Position numbers and translations under genes: made by a program. The notes beneath the pieces are model-generated. The model had not been told where the DNA came from. It saw nothing but the letters and a program-made list of their open reading frames with translations, and searched no databases. From Cirrosporium novae-zelandiae (lineage: Eukaryota): a DNA stretch of 64,000 nt. The stretch spans positions 186,001-250,000 of the forward strand of contig JAPETS010000037.1 of NCBI GenBank assembly GCA_026023565.1, in the 5' to 3' direction. Of this stretch, positions 23,966 to 36,226 are shown piece by piece; positions within the stretch are counted from its first letter, which is position 1; every line of letters begins with the position of its first letter.

Positions 23966-25218
23966 TCATTCTCTTGCTGCCTCTTCTTCATACACGGCAA
24001 AGCTCAACTCGCGCCAGATACGGTGCCACCAAGCGTACTCTCTGAGATCTGTTGTCTGCCATAGATCCGCATAGGATCCTAGGAGCGCAGCGTCCAACGC
24101 GTCGGTGGCAAGACGCAGTGCTTGGCTCATGCCCACGCGAGCGATGGGCGAAAGCCTGAACTCTGCGCGGAAACGTTGAATCGCCTCGAGGCGGCTCATG
24201 TTGGAAAAGGTGAACTGAAGGAATAGAACTTGCTCGAGGTCAAGGTCTGTGTGTGGTGTTAGGTGGAAGTTAACATGTAAAGATAGATGAACTTACCGAG
24301 AGGTTGAAAGGTTTCCCGGACGGTGTTTTCATGGCGACGAGAACGTAAAGCTTCGACAGTGCGATAAATAGGCAAGACCTCCCAGCCTGTCTCATTGCGT
24401 ATCCCTTCACTTCTCGCCCGTCTAACTCGTTCAATCACTCGTTCCGCTCGTCTAATCAGGCGTAAGATTGTCCTAATCTGCTCGAGTTGGGTTTCAGTGA
24501 TCCGCCCGGGTCGGTTCATGATTCTGATAATCTCATTGATCTGCTCTGACAGCTGACGTCGTATGGCGTTGATTGAAGGTCTTGGTTCCCTTAGAGTTCG
24601 ATGGAGCTCGACGGGAGTCATTCGGTGAGTGATGATGATGGGACTCTGGTTACTAGGGCCGCTTTGAGTAGAAGGCTCGGGGGGTTGACTGTTTCCCGGT
24701 ACGGTGGGCAATGGATTGGCATTCGCTCGCCGGTCTTGTTCAGCAAGAAGTGCAAGTAGATTTGAAATAACAGCTGCTCTTGAGTTCGTTTCAGGATCTA
24801 CAGACGCGGCGTGCCTCGCAGAATCACTTCGCGCCTGAGCGGATGGTTCAAGTAGTGATTCACTTCGAGTCACTTGGACGGCAGTAGAATCAAGAATCTG
24901 GTCGCTGCTGGTTTGGTCATGGGTAGGAGCATCAGCTCGCCCTTCACTTCCAGCTTCTCTAGGATGGGCAGTAGCATTCTGGCTACTGCTGGCTTCGCGA
25001 TTTCCTACATTTGCGCCACGGTTAACAACTATTTGGTCACGGTTTGCAAAAACCTCCCAGTTAAATGGGGAATGGTTGTTGCCATTTTTACTCTCACTCT
25101 CACTAGGGAAACTACCATTGGGGCTGTCCGTAGCATCCAGAAGGGCTTGTATCAAGTGTCGGTGTTCCGCCGACCTATTCAGCCTGCGGACTAGGAGTGA
25201 GTGGTTGTTTCGAGGCAT
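23966..25218 (-). CDS. Hypothetical (orphan-like) protein, 2 exons
   Basis: ATG 25218 (MPRNNHSLL). Clean intron 24247-24296 (GTAAGT..CTAAC..CAG) joins the 366-aa ORF in frame to the 23966-24199 ORF. No domain recognised. Confidence 0.65.
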
Positions 25219-26699
25219 GTTTATTGCTTCGAGAGGGGAAGGAAAGAAAACAAGTAGATTGAGATGATGGTGAGGTATGAAAGAAAGTGTGTGTGTATAT
25301 GGAGTTTGTGCAGAAGATGCAGTGATGAATTTGATAATACCTCTAGCGCGGAGAGGCATGCGTTAGTCGACGAGGACGACTAACCTGTTCATCTTTGCTT
25401 GGTGCACCTGAGATGATAATGAGAGTGGGGGTTTGAGAAGAAAGAAAGAAAGAAAGAAAGATGGTTGCTAGAGAAAGGTTGTTTGTGTATGTACGTGAAA
25501 GAACCTACCGGAAGCCGACAAGGGGGGGAGGTATGCGGAGAAACACAAGACAAGTCGACAACAGGTCCATAAAAGACGGTATCCCCGTACGGTCAACATA
25601 CCAAGAGGGAGGCTCATCCTCTCCCCTTAATCCAGAGGCATTATATTGTGTATTTTGTTATTTTGGTGTGTTAAGAGGGGTCATGCTATTTTCCATCTGG
25701 TGAGTCTGTGGTTCTTTTTTATATTCTTTCTATGCTCCTTAGTATTTACCTTGGTCATATCTATATATACCTTGCTTGCCCGCTAATCTAGGGCTAAATG
25801 GAGACCTTGTTTTTCAAGGATCTCGCATATGCCGCAACATATTATTTAACCCTATACGATTAGAGTACCGTGCCACCACGACATCACGTTAGTGAACGGT
25901 TGATCATTAAACAAGTATATACATCACCCCCTCTAGACCTAGCAGACATCAATCCGTTGTAAGCGCCAGGGTTTAACAACCACCAGTTATGAAGGATATC
26001 GATAGGGGTTAAAAGGCTCTCAAACACAAACGTAACCCTTACTATGTAGTATGGTATTCCTATTGCGAGTCCGGCTGCAATGTTGGATTCAGTTCTTGAG
26101 TTTCGGTCAAGGAAGGCTCCAACTATAATAACGGTGGCGGCAGTATAGCCGGCAAGTCTTTCGAGCATCGTCTCCGGGTTACGAGGGAACGGGTTTTAGC
26201 AAGATTCTATGCTGCGCTCGGAAGGGGGTATCTGAAAGGGTTATTTTTACTTACTAGAGAATAAGTAATTACCAGGTTTTTGGTTTGTATTGAATGGATA
26301 TATGAACATCCTTTAAACTGGGGCCAAAGAGAAAATTTACTACCCACACCTTCCTTCTCTCTCTCCTGATAGTCTTCCTTATTCAGGCTGTTCCATCAAG
26401 ATAGCTTTTGAGGGATTCGTTCTATTGTCTATTGCATAACTGTGGTGGAAGAAATATATTGGAAATAGTTTTCAAGCCAGTTTGGGTGTATCAATATGGG
26501 GAGATTATTAGTTTTGAGAAAGCAGCCCCGTAGATATGAAGTGACGCTGAGGTTCAGCCGAAGAGAGGCACTCGTGTAGAGTTCCATCTAGTATGGGGAT
26601 GTATAGTCAGCGATCCATAAGTATTGATATATCACAATCCATCTCTACTCTTTTTTCAGGACCTCGAGCTTCCCAAGTAAATTCTGCCTGGCCTTATAC

Positions 26700-27560
26700 T
26701 TAGTCTATACTTTCATCCGTATTGTTGGAGAATGCTGTATTCACAGATCGCCAGTCGTCCGGGTTAGTAATATTTGATGCCACGATAAACGGATCAAATA
26801 TCACCATCATGCTCCCTTCTATGGATAGTCTTCCTCCGGGCTCGCTTTCCCTCTGAATCCCAACCATCCTTCTCTCCCTTGGGGCCAGCTGCCTTACCGC
26901 AGAAATCATCAGATGTCTCGACAGTGCCGGGAACCATGCATATTGCATAATGTTATCATCGTCTGCAGCCGATGGTATCCTCATGACGGCATCTTCGTAT
27001 ACCTTTGGTAGAAGCTGTATTATTAGCCGGAGAGGCATGCTGCGCATCGGATGGGTCCGAAACTCGTGGACAAATTCCATTATTATGTCTATCAGGGTCC
27101 ATTCATGCCAGACGAGGCGAAGGAAGGAGACTTGTTCATCGTTCAGACCTATGTGAGGGTTAGCAACGAAATAAAATAGACATTCTTTAGCTGAGCTAAA
27201 CTCGGATAAAGTCGATTGATTTTGTTTGTCAGGGCCTTCTCGACCATGTCGCTCTGAACGAAAGGTCAAATATACTAGTAGCATGTCGAACAGGCCTTCC
27301 CACAGAATACATAAACCCAACCTGGCTTTCCAAGCTTAACTTCGCTTTTGGCTACAGCAAACCTGAAAGAGGGTAATTACTTACGGAGCCTTTCACGCGT
27401 CCTTGCAAGCTCGGTTGCGGACTCAGGTTGTCGGCGCGGGATATTAAGGCGAATAATAAAGTTTCTTCGATGAGTTCCTGTCTCGAAAAATTCAAGGTCC
27501 AAATCTAGTTCATCCCGGATATTGGGGGGCATTGATGGTAGAGCGGTTTCTAGAACCACT
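26700..27560 (-). CDS. Hypothetical orphan protein, multi-exon or degenerate; 5' end uncertain
   Basis: 206-codon open frame (26700-27320) plus an upstream open segment (27377-27559) ending at a GTAAGT donor (27384). No recognisable domain and no secure start. Confidence 0.4.
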
Positions 27561-27794
27561 CTTTTATAACATGAATATTGATAATAAATCCTGCGGTCGG
27601 AATTATCGTAGCTACGCAGTCGATATACCGCCGGACACTGTTTTCTGGTCTCAACTGTTTGCGTAGGGTAAGTAAATAGAAGTTATACATATTAGAAATT
27701 AGCATATATTTATAATCCAAAGCATTGTTTGGCTAGATAGACAATTATAAGCCTTCTGTTTGTCGTATTGCATCATTTCCACGTCTTGTATCCT

Positions 27795-27857
27795 AGACGA
27801 CCAATAGTAATTCTTAGACGACCAACAGTAGTTTTCAGATGACCAATAACAATTCTG
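27795..27857. repeat. Three imperfect 21-bp tandem repeats (AGAYGACCAA...)
   Basis: agacgaccaatagtaattctt / agacgaccaacagtagttttc / agatgaccaataacaattctg. Confidence 0.8.
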
Positions 27858-30284
27858 ATTGTGTGTAGTTGCGGTCCAAGACGTTTGATATTTTGACATT
27901 GGCGCTGGCTGGAAAATAAGGCTAAGCCCTGCACTCGTTTGTAGTTTTGAGCTCTGAATCAGGCTAATTACAGGCATCTGACTTGATAGTCTATGGCGTC
28001 TACATTCCATATAGAGCCTTGCTTCTTAAGACACAATATCATTATTTGCTGTTTTTATTGGAGCATGGAGCAGATAGATGCGACAAATTTGTAAATTCTT
28101 TGTGTGGGAATCGCTAGCTAAATAGTGTATGACGCGCGACCAGTTTGTAACCCTAACAGTTGTTGCACTCTGAGGCCTGCTTTGTTCGAGAAGCCTAGCC
28201 CTTTCTAGAGCAAGTTAGGTCGTCCATCTCAGTATATCCCCCTGACATGTTTTAATTGAAGGCCATGGGAGACATGTTAGGGAATAAATTGAGTCCTGTT
28301 ACTTCTATCGGGAAAGAGGATCGATCATGTCATGAAATCTGAAGTTCAAATAGACTACCTAGGTATGTAGTAAACCACTGCAACTATCCGTATCATAGAT
28401 TGTTTGTGGTGTTTGACTTTTTCTTAGCTAAAAGTAATATCATTTCCTCTCTCTCTCTCTCTCTCTCAGAAGAGCCTTCAACTATGGATATATCTCTTTC
28501 ATACTTTTAGCCTCAATTCCCTTAGAGGCGTCCTCTATAAGAGAAGGTCGACTTGGATCATTGCTTCGAGTCTCACATCACACGAAAGCCTTCCCGATCT
28601 GGACGCAACTATGATGGAAGCCAGGTTCTCTCAGAGTCGTGACCTCGCCTCCTTCCATTGGAACCATCTTTATGATGAGGAGTGACTACGATTTAATGCC
28701 GCTTTTTTTCTTTTCTTTTTCTATTCAACTAGAGCCCTCTGCCATAATTCATGCCCATTTTCAGCTTCAATTTTATATGACGAATATACATTCTTTGAAG
28801 ATATACATAATGACTGATAATCGCTACTCGTCACTATCCCCTTCACCCCTACCAATCCCACCTTCTTCATCTCGTTTATCTAATACTAGACGATATCGTG
28901 CGCTAGTGAGGCCATCACCCTGTATTAAGAAAATGTCTAGGGCAATGCCGGGATCAGCCTCTCGTCATACAGATCCTCCTCCAGGCCCTAGATTGGGGGT
29001 TACCTTCGTCGCCGCCCGTCTGATAAAGAGGCTTACTAGTCGTAGAATAAGGATTAAGTTTACGCAAAGTAAGGATGACAGCCTACGCTTTTATTCTCCA
29101 CCCAATTATGTCTGCAGAAACGATTGAACATCTGTACTGGATGAAATTCCTCGCTTCGATCAGCTTTACCTGGCCACAAATCCTCGTTGGAGTCCAACTG
29201 TTATTCCCTAACTCGGAAACTGCACGTATAATTGCCACATCTCATCCAAAGGATGCAATTCTTCTTTTTCGCAACGAGCTTCGGGCTCTATCGATGAACA
29301 ACCGAGTAGGTGGTGGTAAGTCTACTTCAAGTCGCTCTTAGTATTTTTGCTCTCATATTGACAATTTCAATAAGAAGCAATTTTACAATATCAATGGGCC
29401 AGAAGTTTGCCGATGGACGTCATAAGAGTATTGTTGTAGATGCGCGATTGGCCTATTGGCTTGCATTCATGGCAGGTCAAAGTGGGATGTAATTCTAAGA
29501 TTGTTGTCTCATGCTGTGATGTTGGGTAGACTCTACAGAGGCATTAGGGTTAGGGCATGATTATCTAGGCACATGTAAGTTACCAATTCTGGCTTGTTTG
29601 CACAGTATGCAGGCAATATAACCAAAAATAAAAAGTTTGGATTTTCTTGTCCAACGAATTCTTTCTTTCTTGGCTTCTCATGCATCTCCAAGCGCCCATC
29701 TAGCCATTAACCCATCAGCCATCAGTCCTATCAAGAACTCTTCATAACCAACCATCTTCTAGTAAACATCAGCATCTCATGCTTAAAATAATCTACATAT
29801 TAGTTAAACGCTGGCCCACTAATCTCTTTTATTGGCTTTTAGAATCATGTTTCAGTGTGTCTGCCCTACCACACCTTGACCATTGGGGCGGAAGTTGCAG
29901 AATCCGAAGCGTATCCGGTGTCTCTCTAACCGCTTGGGTTTCCAGGTACCTTGAACCTTGGGGGGTGAGTCGTGATAATAATACTGTATATCCTGGGGTC
30001 ATTCGGAATCCTCGGACTCTTGGGCTTCATTAAATTGCTCGCATTTCCCATCCGTTGTTTCCGTTATCTATTGTTGTTGTTCAGTAGAGCTCTGGTTAGC
30101 TTTCCGAACAGGTGTTTATCAATCATTAATATTTGGCTTTGGTCTTTCCTGTTGTCTCTCCTCCCTCATCAGTTCATACGCTATACATTTATCTATCTAT
30201 CTATCATCCATCTATTTATCCATCCATCTATCCATTTATCTATCTCATAGCACCGGGTGATCCAAGTGATACTCAATGCATATA

Positions 30285-31051
30285 ATGTCTACAACGAATC
30301 TCAATCAATCCCCACCAAACTTCGACCCACCCCCCCTCTTCTCTAAAACTGACATCCTCGAATCTTCTTACATTGCCAAACAAGAACGTCTTTCCCGGCT
30401 GCGTGCGGCTCTTTCTTTGTTCGTGCTCGCTGCTTCCCTGGGAATCGTGGGATGTGAGGGTCATGCCCTGCATGTATACCATGAGACCCATCTGGGTGTA
30501 CAGTGGCATTTGCCGCTATGGCCGTCGGATTTTGATATCCGCCCGACGATTGCACTGCTGAGTGGGGGCGTGGTGACTGCGGTCGGGGGATTGGTGTATC
30601 TGAGTGTTGCTGCTGTGCCTTCGGTTTGTGGTACTCTTGTTTTTGCCTTTGAGCTTTTGATGATATTCGTGAGAGTTGCATAGTGATTAAACATGTTTTA
30701 TTCTTGTAGCCTCGACCCCGACTTCTGATCTTGAATATCCTCGCCCTTGCAGCATATTCGTCGAGTTTTGTGACGATGCTCATTGTCCTCGCCTTTTCGG
30801 CGTACGTCAACTCCCGTGTCAATGATTCCGCAAGCACAGGCAGACAGACCCTTGAGAGTTGGGCATGTCGGTGGAGTAATGCCGGGATGGCTCGGTTGTG
30901 TAAAGAGAGCAGAGCGAGTGTTGGGTTGGGAGTTGGTACCACGGTGTTGGCCTTGGCCGGAGTTGGAGTTGTAGGTTGGGGAATTTGGGAGTGGTGGGGG
31001 ATGAGAAGAATGAGGAAGCAGCAAGAGGAAACAGGTATGGAGATGGAGTAA
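30285..31051 (+). CDS. Fungal multi-pass (about 4 TM, MARVEL-like) membrane protein
   Basis: Intron 30624-30709 joins VAAVPS|PRPRLL. Four hydrophobic segments, LPLWPSDFDIRPT and TLESWACRW...LCKESRAS loop motifs. Confidence 0.8.
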
Positions 31052-31483
31052 GAGATGTAAATGAATGAATGGATGGATGGAATGGAATGACTTCAAGTGA
31101 GAATAAGAATGGGATGAGCTCTTACGGAGGATATCTAAATTGCTCTGCCGACGACTTTTAGCTTGCAGAGCGTGCTGGACACGAACACGAACGAGTAGAC
31201 GACACCATAGTGACTGAAAAGAATAAAAAATATATCGCCGTTGCGATCTGGTAGCGAAGGACTTTTTATCTCTGTAATGAATGAGGATTAAGTATATAAG
31301 AGTATTTTTTTTCAAAGGCATTTATATTTAATGCCGGGTCTCTAAAATCCATCATAAATCATAAAAATTATGAGGGCGCATTTAACAACCATAGCCAAGC
31401 TGCCACGACCCACACGCCAAAATCCAGCTCTATCCCCTCAAAAACGCCTCCCCAAAAACGCCCACCAGGTCTCATCCCATCCC

Positions 31484-31990
31484 TTAAAAATCCAAAAGCA
31501 GCTGCGGCGCCACCTTCTCCAAATCCTCCACCTCCAGCATCCCCCCCCTCCCCTTCCCCTCCGCTTCCTGACGCTCCCGCTCAAATTGGGCCCTCACAAT
31601 CGTCTCCCTCACAAACACCTCCACATACTTCCCCAGCACCTTCCCGGCCTCCACCCCCATCTTGGTATTTTCCTCTTTGAAATGCATTTTTGTGATCGTG
31701 GAAAGCAGTTTCTGGGGAATCACGGTATTGGGGTCGTTGGATACGAGTGCTGCTGTACGGCCGTTTGATTGGCGGCGGCGGCTGCTACTGGAGGCTTGGT
31801 TGCTGTGGGCGCGATGGGGATCCGCTGTAGCCGCGGTAGTGGTGGTGGGAGTAGATGTGGATTTGGATTTGGATTTGGAAGGTTTTCCGTGATTGCGGGG
31901 GGTGGATTCATAGGGTGTTCCTGAGGGGCGCGGGGGCTTGAATGAGGGACGGCCTCGTTTTGGGGCGTTTGAGGTTCGGGTTGGTGGCAT
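31484..31990 (-). CDS. MHF2: Centromere protein X (CENP-X/Mhf2) histone-fold protein
   Basis: IPQKLLSTITKMHFKEENTKM..EA..VLGKYVEVFVRETIVRA and terminal LEVEDLEKVAPQLLLDF. Confidence 0.9.
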   Translation of the reverse strand: MPPTRTSNAPKRGRPSFKPPRPSGTPYESTPRNHGKPSKSKSKSTSTPTTTTAATADPHRAHSNQASSSSRRRQSNGRTAALVSNDPNTVIPQKLLSTITKMHFKEENTKMGVEAGKVLGKYVEVFVRETIVRAQFERERQEAEGKGRGGMLEVEDLEKVAPQLLLDF

Positions 31991-32382
31991 GGTGGGATAT
32001 GTGGATGATTGTTTTTTGTAGATGGTTTGGTCTTGTGATACTTTAGAGATGAGGTGGAAGGTGATTACTGAGGTAATGGATGTTTGCGATGTTGGGAGAA
32101 CGTGGAGGTTGTTGGATAAATATCTAGATAGCTAAGATTCAAACCGTGGAGCAATTGATATTACGACTTGACGCGCTATCACGTGCCTGAGGTTGTCTAG
32201 ATAGGGAAAGGTGTTGATAATTATCTACCTAGATAGGATTGGATAGCTACGCTAGGCTATCTAATCGTGATGATCTACTCGAGTAGTTATTCAACATGAC
32301 CAAAAGATACCGACAAAGTGGTGCCGTAGATTTAATCATTATTTACTACAGTATGTATTCAAGACTAACAGCTACCTCTGCT

Positions 32383-33677
32383 CTAATCGTATCTGAATTC
32401 CTGTCCAACAATCTTCTCACTTAAGCTCCAGAGCTTTTCAGCATTATCCTTATCCAAAGCATGAGGTGCGGCAGTATCATCAATTGCACAAGCAGCGATA
32501 CACTTTCCACTTTGGTCTGAAACCCGTTAATAAGAACTTAAGAAGTTATGAATGAAGATTAATTTACCTGCAATAGAGGGATCGAACGCGGCAACAATAT
32601 AGTTGGCCGCTCCCTGTTCGACTGACCTGAATGGAATAATCTTTGTATTTGGTTTCCCGTCCTCACCCCACCAACCTATTAGGTCATAGTAAGCAGGTGC
32701 TCTATCTCTATGAGTCGAGTATGGTACTACCTCTTGCTTTCAGCTCCTCCATAGGGATGTCTCGGTTCAGGTTTGTACCAGCGACCGCTAGTTCTCTAAG
32801 TTAGTCAACAAAATAAAATATTGGAAAAGGCAATAACTGACCTCCTGGATCGATTCCAAAGGATCTAATGTTTTTGTGTCCTAACTTTTGGGCCAACCCA
32901 ACGCTAAAGAGTATATTTGCAGTCTTGGATTGAGCATACCCTAAGAACTTGTCATAAGATTTACCGCCCTATATAATCAAAGAGGTTAGAAGAAACACAT
33001 CCTTATGCGCACGGGCTAACATACATTGAAATTGACATCATCAAAGTTGACACCTGTTGCACGATGGCCCGCACTTGAGATATTGACGACACAAGCTCCA
33101 TTTGGTGCCTTGAGCATTGCCGGCATGATGAGGTTGGTAAACAAGAAATGACCAATGTGATTAAGGCCGAAATGCCACTCAATACCTTCACCCGTGGTTC
33201 TATATTCTGGTGTCATCATAACCGCCGCATTGTTGATTAGTACATCCACGACGGGTGTCATCTGGAGAACCTTCTCGGCGGCCTTTCTCACTGAAGTCAA
33301 GCTGGAAAGATCAAGCTCTAGAGCCTTGACATTGTCATCTGGAGATTTTTGAATCTTGTCGATAACCTCCTTTATACTCGTTTCCCTTCGACTAGCGAGT
33401 ATCAGAAGTTTGGGATGCTGTTTGAGGATGGCCCGAGCAGCCTCTGCTCCTAACCCCCCCGGACTTATTCCAGTGATGATAACTGGTTTCTAATGTCAGC
33501 GTGGATTATGGTTTTGGGGGATAGTAACGTACCAGTCTTGCTCTTGATTTCCCCAGCTAACTCAGCGGCCGCCTCGTCGTCAGTGGTATTGAAATTGAAA
33601 CGGTCACTCGTATTTACGTGGGTAGCCAACGAGGCTGTTGCTACGTCGGAAGTGGCATTGAAGTTAAAGTTGCTCAT
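32383..33677 (-). CDS. Short-chain dehydrogenase/reductase (retinol dehydrogenase/WWOX-like), multi-intron
   Basis: ITGISPGGLG (TGxxxGxG), LINNAAVM, HFGLNHIGHFLFTN, VVNISSAGH, catalytic YAQSK and terminal KLWSLSEKIVG. Several short GT-AG introns. Confidence 0.9.
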
Positions 33678-34232
33678 AGCGGCTGCTCAATTAGTCTGGA
33701 TTTGAAAGAGGCTTGTTTGAAATTTGAAAAGTTATTGCATTGAAAGCTATCTTCTATTTTGTTCGAGTAAGTATGCCTTATATACATGCGTATCTGCTCT
33801 TCGATTCTGAATAGTCGCTTTAGCTATGCTGTATATTAGACCAAGAGGGAAAGTTGATGATGCCATGTTTAGGCTTCCCAGAGATCTATGACTCCAAAGA
33901 GTAGATTTACTGGGTTAAAAGTTCTGACAAAATCCAGATATGGAAGTATTGCTGGCGTCAACAAAGATGCTACTCTTAGAATGTTCAATCACCTAGATAA
34001 TCGAAATCATCAATTTGTATTCGTCCATCATTTCAAAGCAGGTCCGTTTAGCGGCCGCAATAACTCCGTCGGTCATAATATCTTATCTCCGCCAACACCT
34101 AAATTGGTCAAATATCTTCAGTTCTAGGCAATATATGGAAATCCAGCTGATGCAAGCCATGTTCACTGATTTGGTTATTCTGTCTATGTTTTGAGATTTC
34201 TCAGAATTTGACTATACTTAGTCTAGTTGCTC

Positions 34233-35995
34233 ATGACATCTATTCTAGCAAATGAAGGCTCAAGCCTGACATTCTGTCACTATAATCCTCAAGATGCAGT
34301 AGGTCGTTCCAAAAAGACCTCTAGATTGAATGGCGAAGTTCGGAAGCACCAGAATAAAATAGCATCAAGAAGATACCGTTTGTTCCCCTTGGGTCCTAGA
34401 TACAAAATAGACTGCTGATGTAGAATACAATGAACTTTAGGAGAGAAGCAGAAGCGGAAGCTAGAGACTCTAGAACGGCTTATTGCTTCTCAGTCTTCAG
34501 TTGATCCGTCTGTACCTTTATCCGCACCATCGTCTATACTATCAAACCAGGCTTTAGTGGTGCAAGATGCTCTCCCAGTTCAGCAATTTGTCTCGACATC
34601 GATACCGAGCTCTAACTCAACAAGCTGTGCATGGACTGAGCATAGTACATATGGTTTTCAGGACTTCCCTCTTGACTACGGAAACTCTTTATTCGGAGGG
34701 GGATATTCTCCTTTGAACGAAATTGCACAAGAGCCTCAGTCTCAATCCGATCAAACAATATTTCCCGAGTGGCTCGACTCGATACCAACACTGCCATCCA
34801 ATGTCAATAATGTACTAAGCTCCAATAATACCAACCCGCTGATATCTGTTTCCACCTCCCAATCCACCCCACACCAAGTCGAGTCAGACACCGTTTCAAA
34901 CATTCCCGGAAATATACATCTCCAAACACGGGAACTAACTTCCAAAGACAGAGAAAGAGGCATCCGAATTCCAATATCAACCCTCTTAAAGCGGTACAGA
35001 CAGCTCACCACTGACCAAAAACGCGGGCTCCTCAGAAGTATCGTCAAAAGCGGCCTCCATTTTGTCGATGCAACGCGTTCTCAACTAGATCTCCCTGACA
35101 GTAATTCTACAACAAGTTCAGTAGAAGCACACAGATATGATGAATCTTTCCCCGACTCCACAGATCCGCAATGCGCACCGGAAAATACCCCATTAGCCAA
35201 AGAGCCACAGGATGATACGGTTTCCATCACTCATAACGGACATAGACATAATAGACAAAATAAACAAACCCCAATTATAACTCTCCCCTCCCTCTACACC
35301 AATAACTTCCGCATCCACCAAGTCTCCTTCTTCGCAGCTATCTTCAGCAACGCGCGCGCGCTCGGTTTCGAATTCGACGACTACCTGGAAGAGGATAGCA
35401 TAAGCCCCGTTTGCATTTCCGCGCACCCCTCCTCCCCCTTTCCCTCCCCCTCGGGCCCACCAGCAGCAACCATCAATCAAACCCAGCTTCAAACCCACCA
35501 AAAGAAATTCTCCTCTGTCCCTAGGGACCTCCGCCCCACAGCTAACCAAATAGCAACTACCCATCATCCATACCTAGTACGTACTTAAAAAAAATAAAAC
35601 CAGCAATACATATCCCCACCCCCTCCCCACTTATTAACACCCCACCACTAACACAAAAACCCTAGGACCTCTTCCCCTTCCCCACCTTCCGCAACCGCGC
35701 CATAGCAGCCCAATCCACAACCCCCCCCTTAATAGACGAAAACGAACTCTGCCTCGACCTCACCAGCGACGGTCTCATATGCTGGGGGGCAGCAGAAACA
35801 ACAACAACGGGACTTGGAAATGTAGGCGTGCCGTGGAGTATGCGGAGCTGGGAGCCACAGGGTTGGTTTTTGAGGAAGTATTGGTTTTTGATTGGGGGTG
35901 GGGATGGGAATGGGGAGGAGGGGGAGGGGAATGAGATGATGGAGTGTGCGAGGTGGTGGAGGGGGATTAGGGGTGAGGATGGGGGGGAGTTTTGA
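34233..35995 (+). CDS. bZIP-like regulator with C-terminal DUF3425 domain
   Basis: Introns 34378-34440 and 35577-35665 give RKHQNKIASRRYREKQKRKLETLE (basic region) and PRDLRPTANQIATTHHPYLDLFPFPTFR...LICWG...PWSMRSWEPQGWFLRKYWFL...WWRGIRGE (DUF3425 pattern). Confidence 0.85.
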
Positions 35996-36226
35996 AGATC
36001 GAAGATTGATGGGGTGGGGTTGGTCATACATGTATGTATATTTATATGTCTACATTAAAGTTTGATTTCTTCTTTTTTCCTGTTTATAATCTTAAATGCG
36101 GTGGGTGGGTATCTCGACAAAAGGGACTTGTACATAAAAAAAAAAATAAACAAACAAATATTTAAAAAAAACTTCCCTTTGCACCTACTACTTAACAATT
36201 AGCCAACCCAACCAACTCAGCTCAGC

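Noticed and set aside
27795..27857. Short tandem repeats (also near 23220-23246 and 49899-49922) as CRISPR or transposon ends
   Set aside because: No spacers, terminal repeats, target-site duplications or transposase.
29544..29555. (TTAGGG)2 telomere-like repeat
   Set aside because: Only two copies; not enough for an interstitial telomere.
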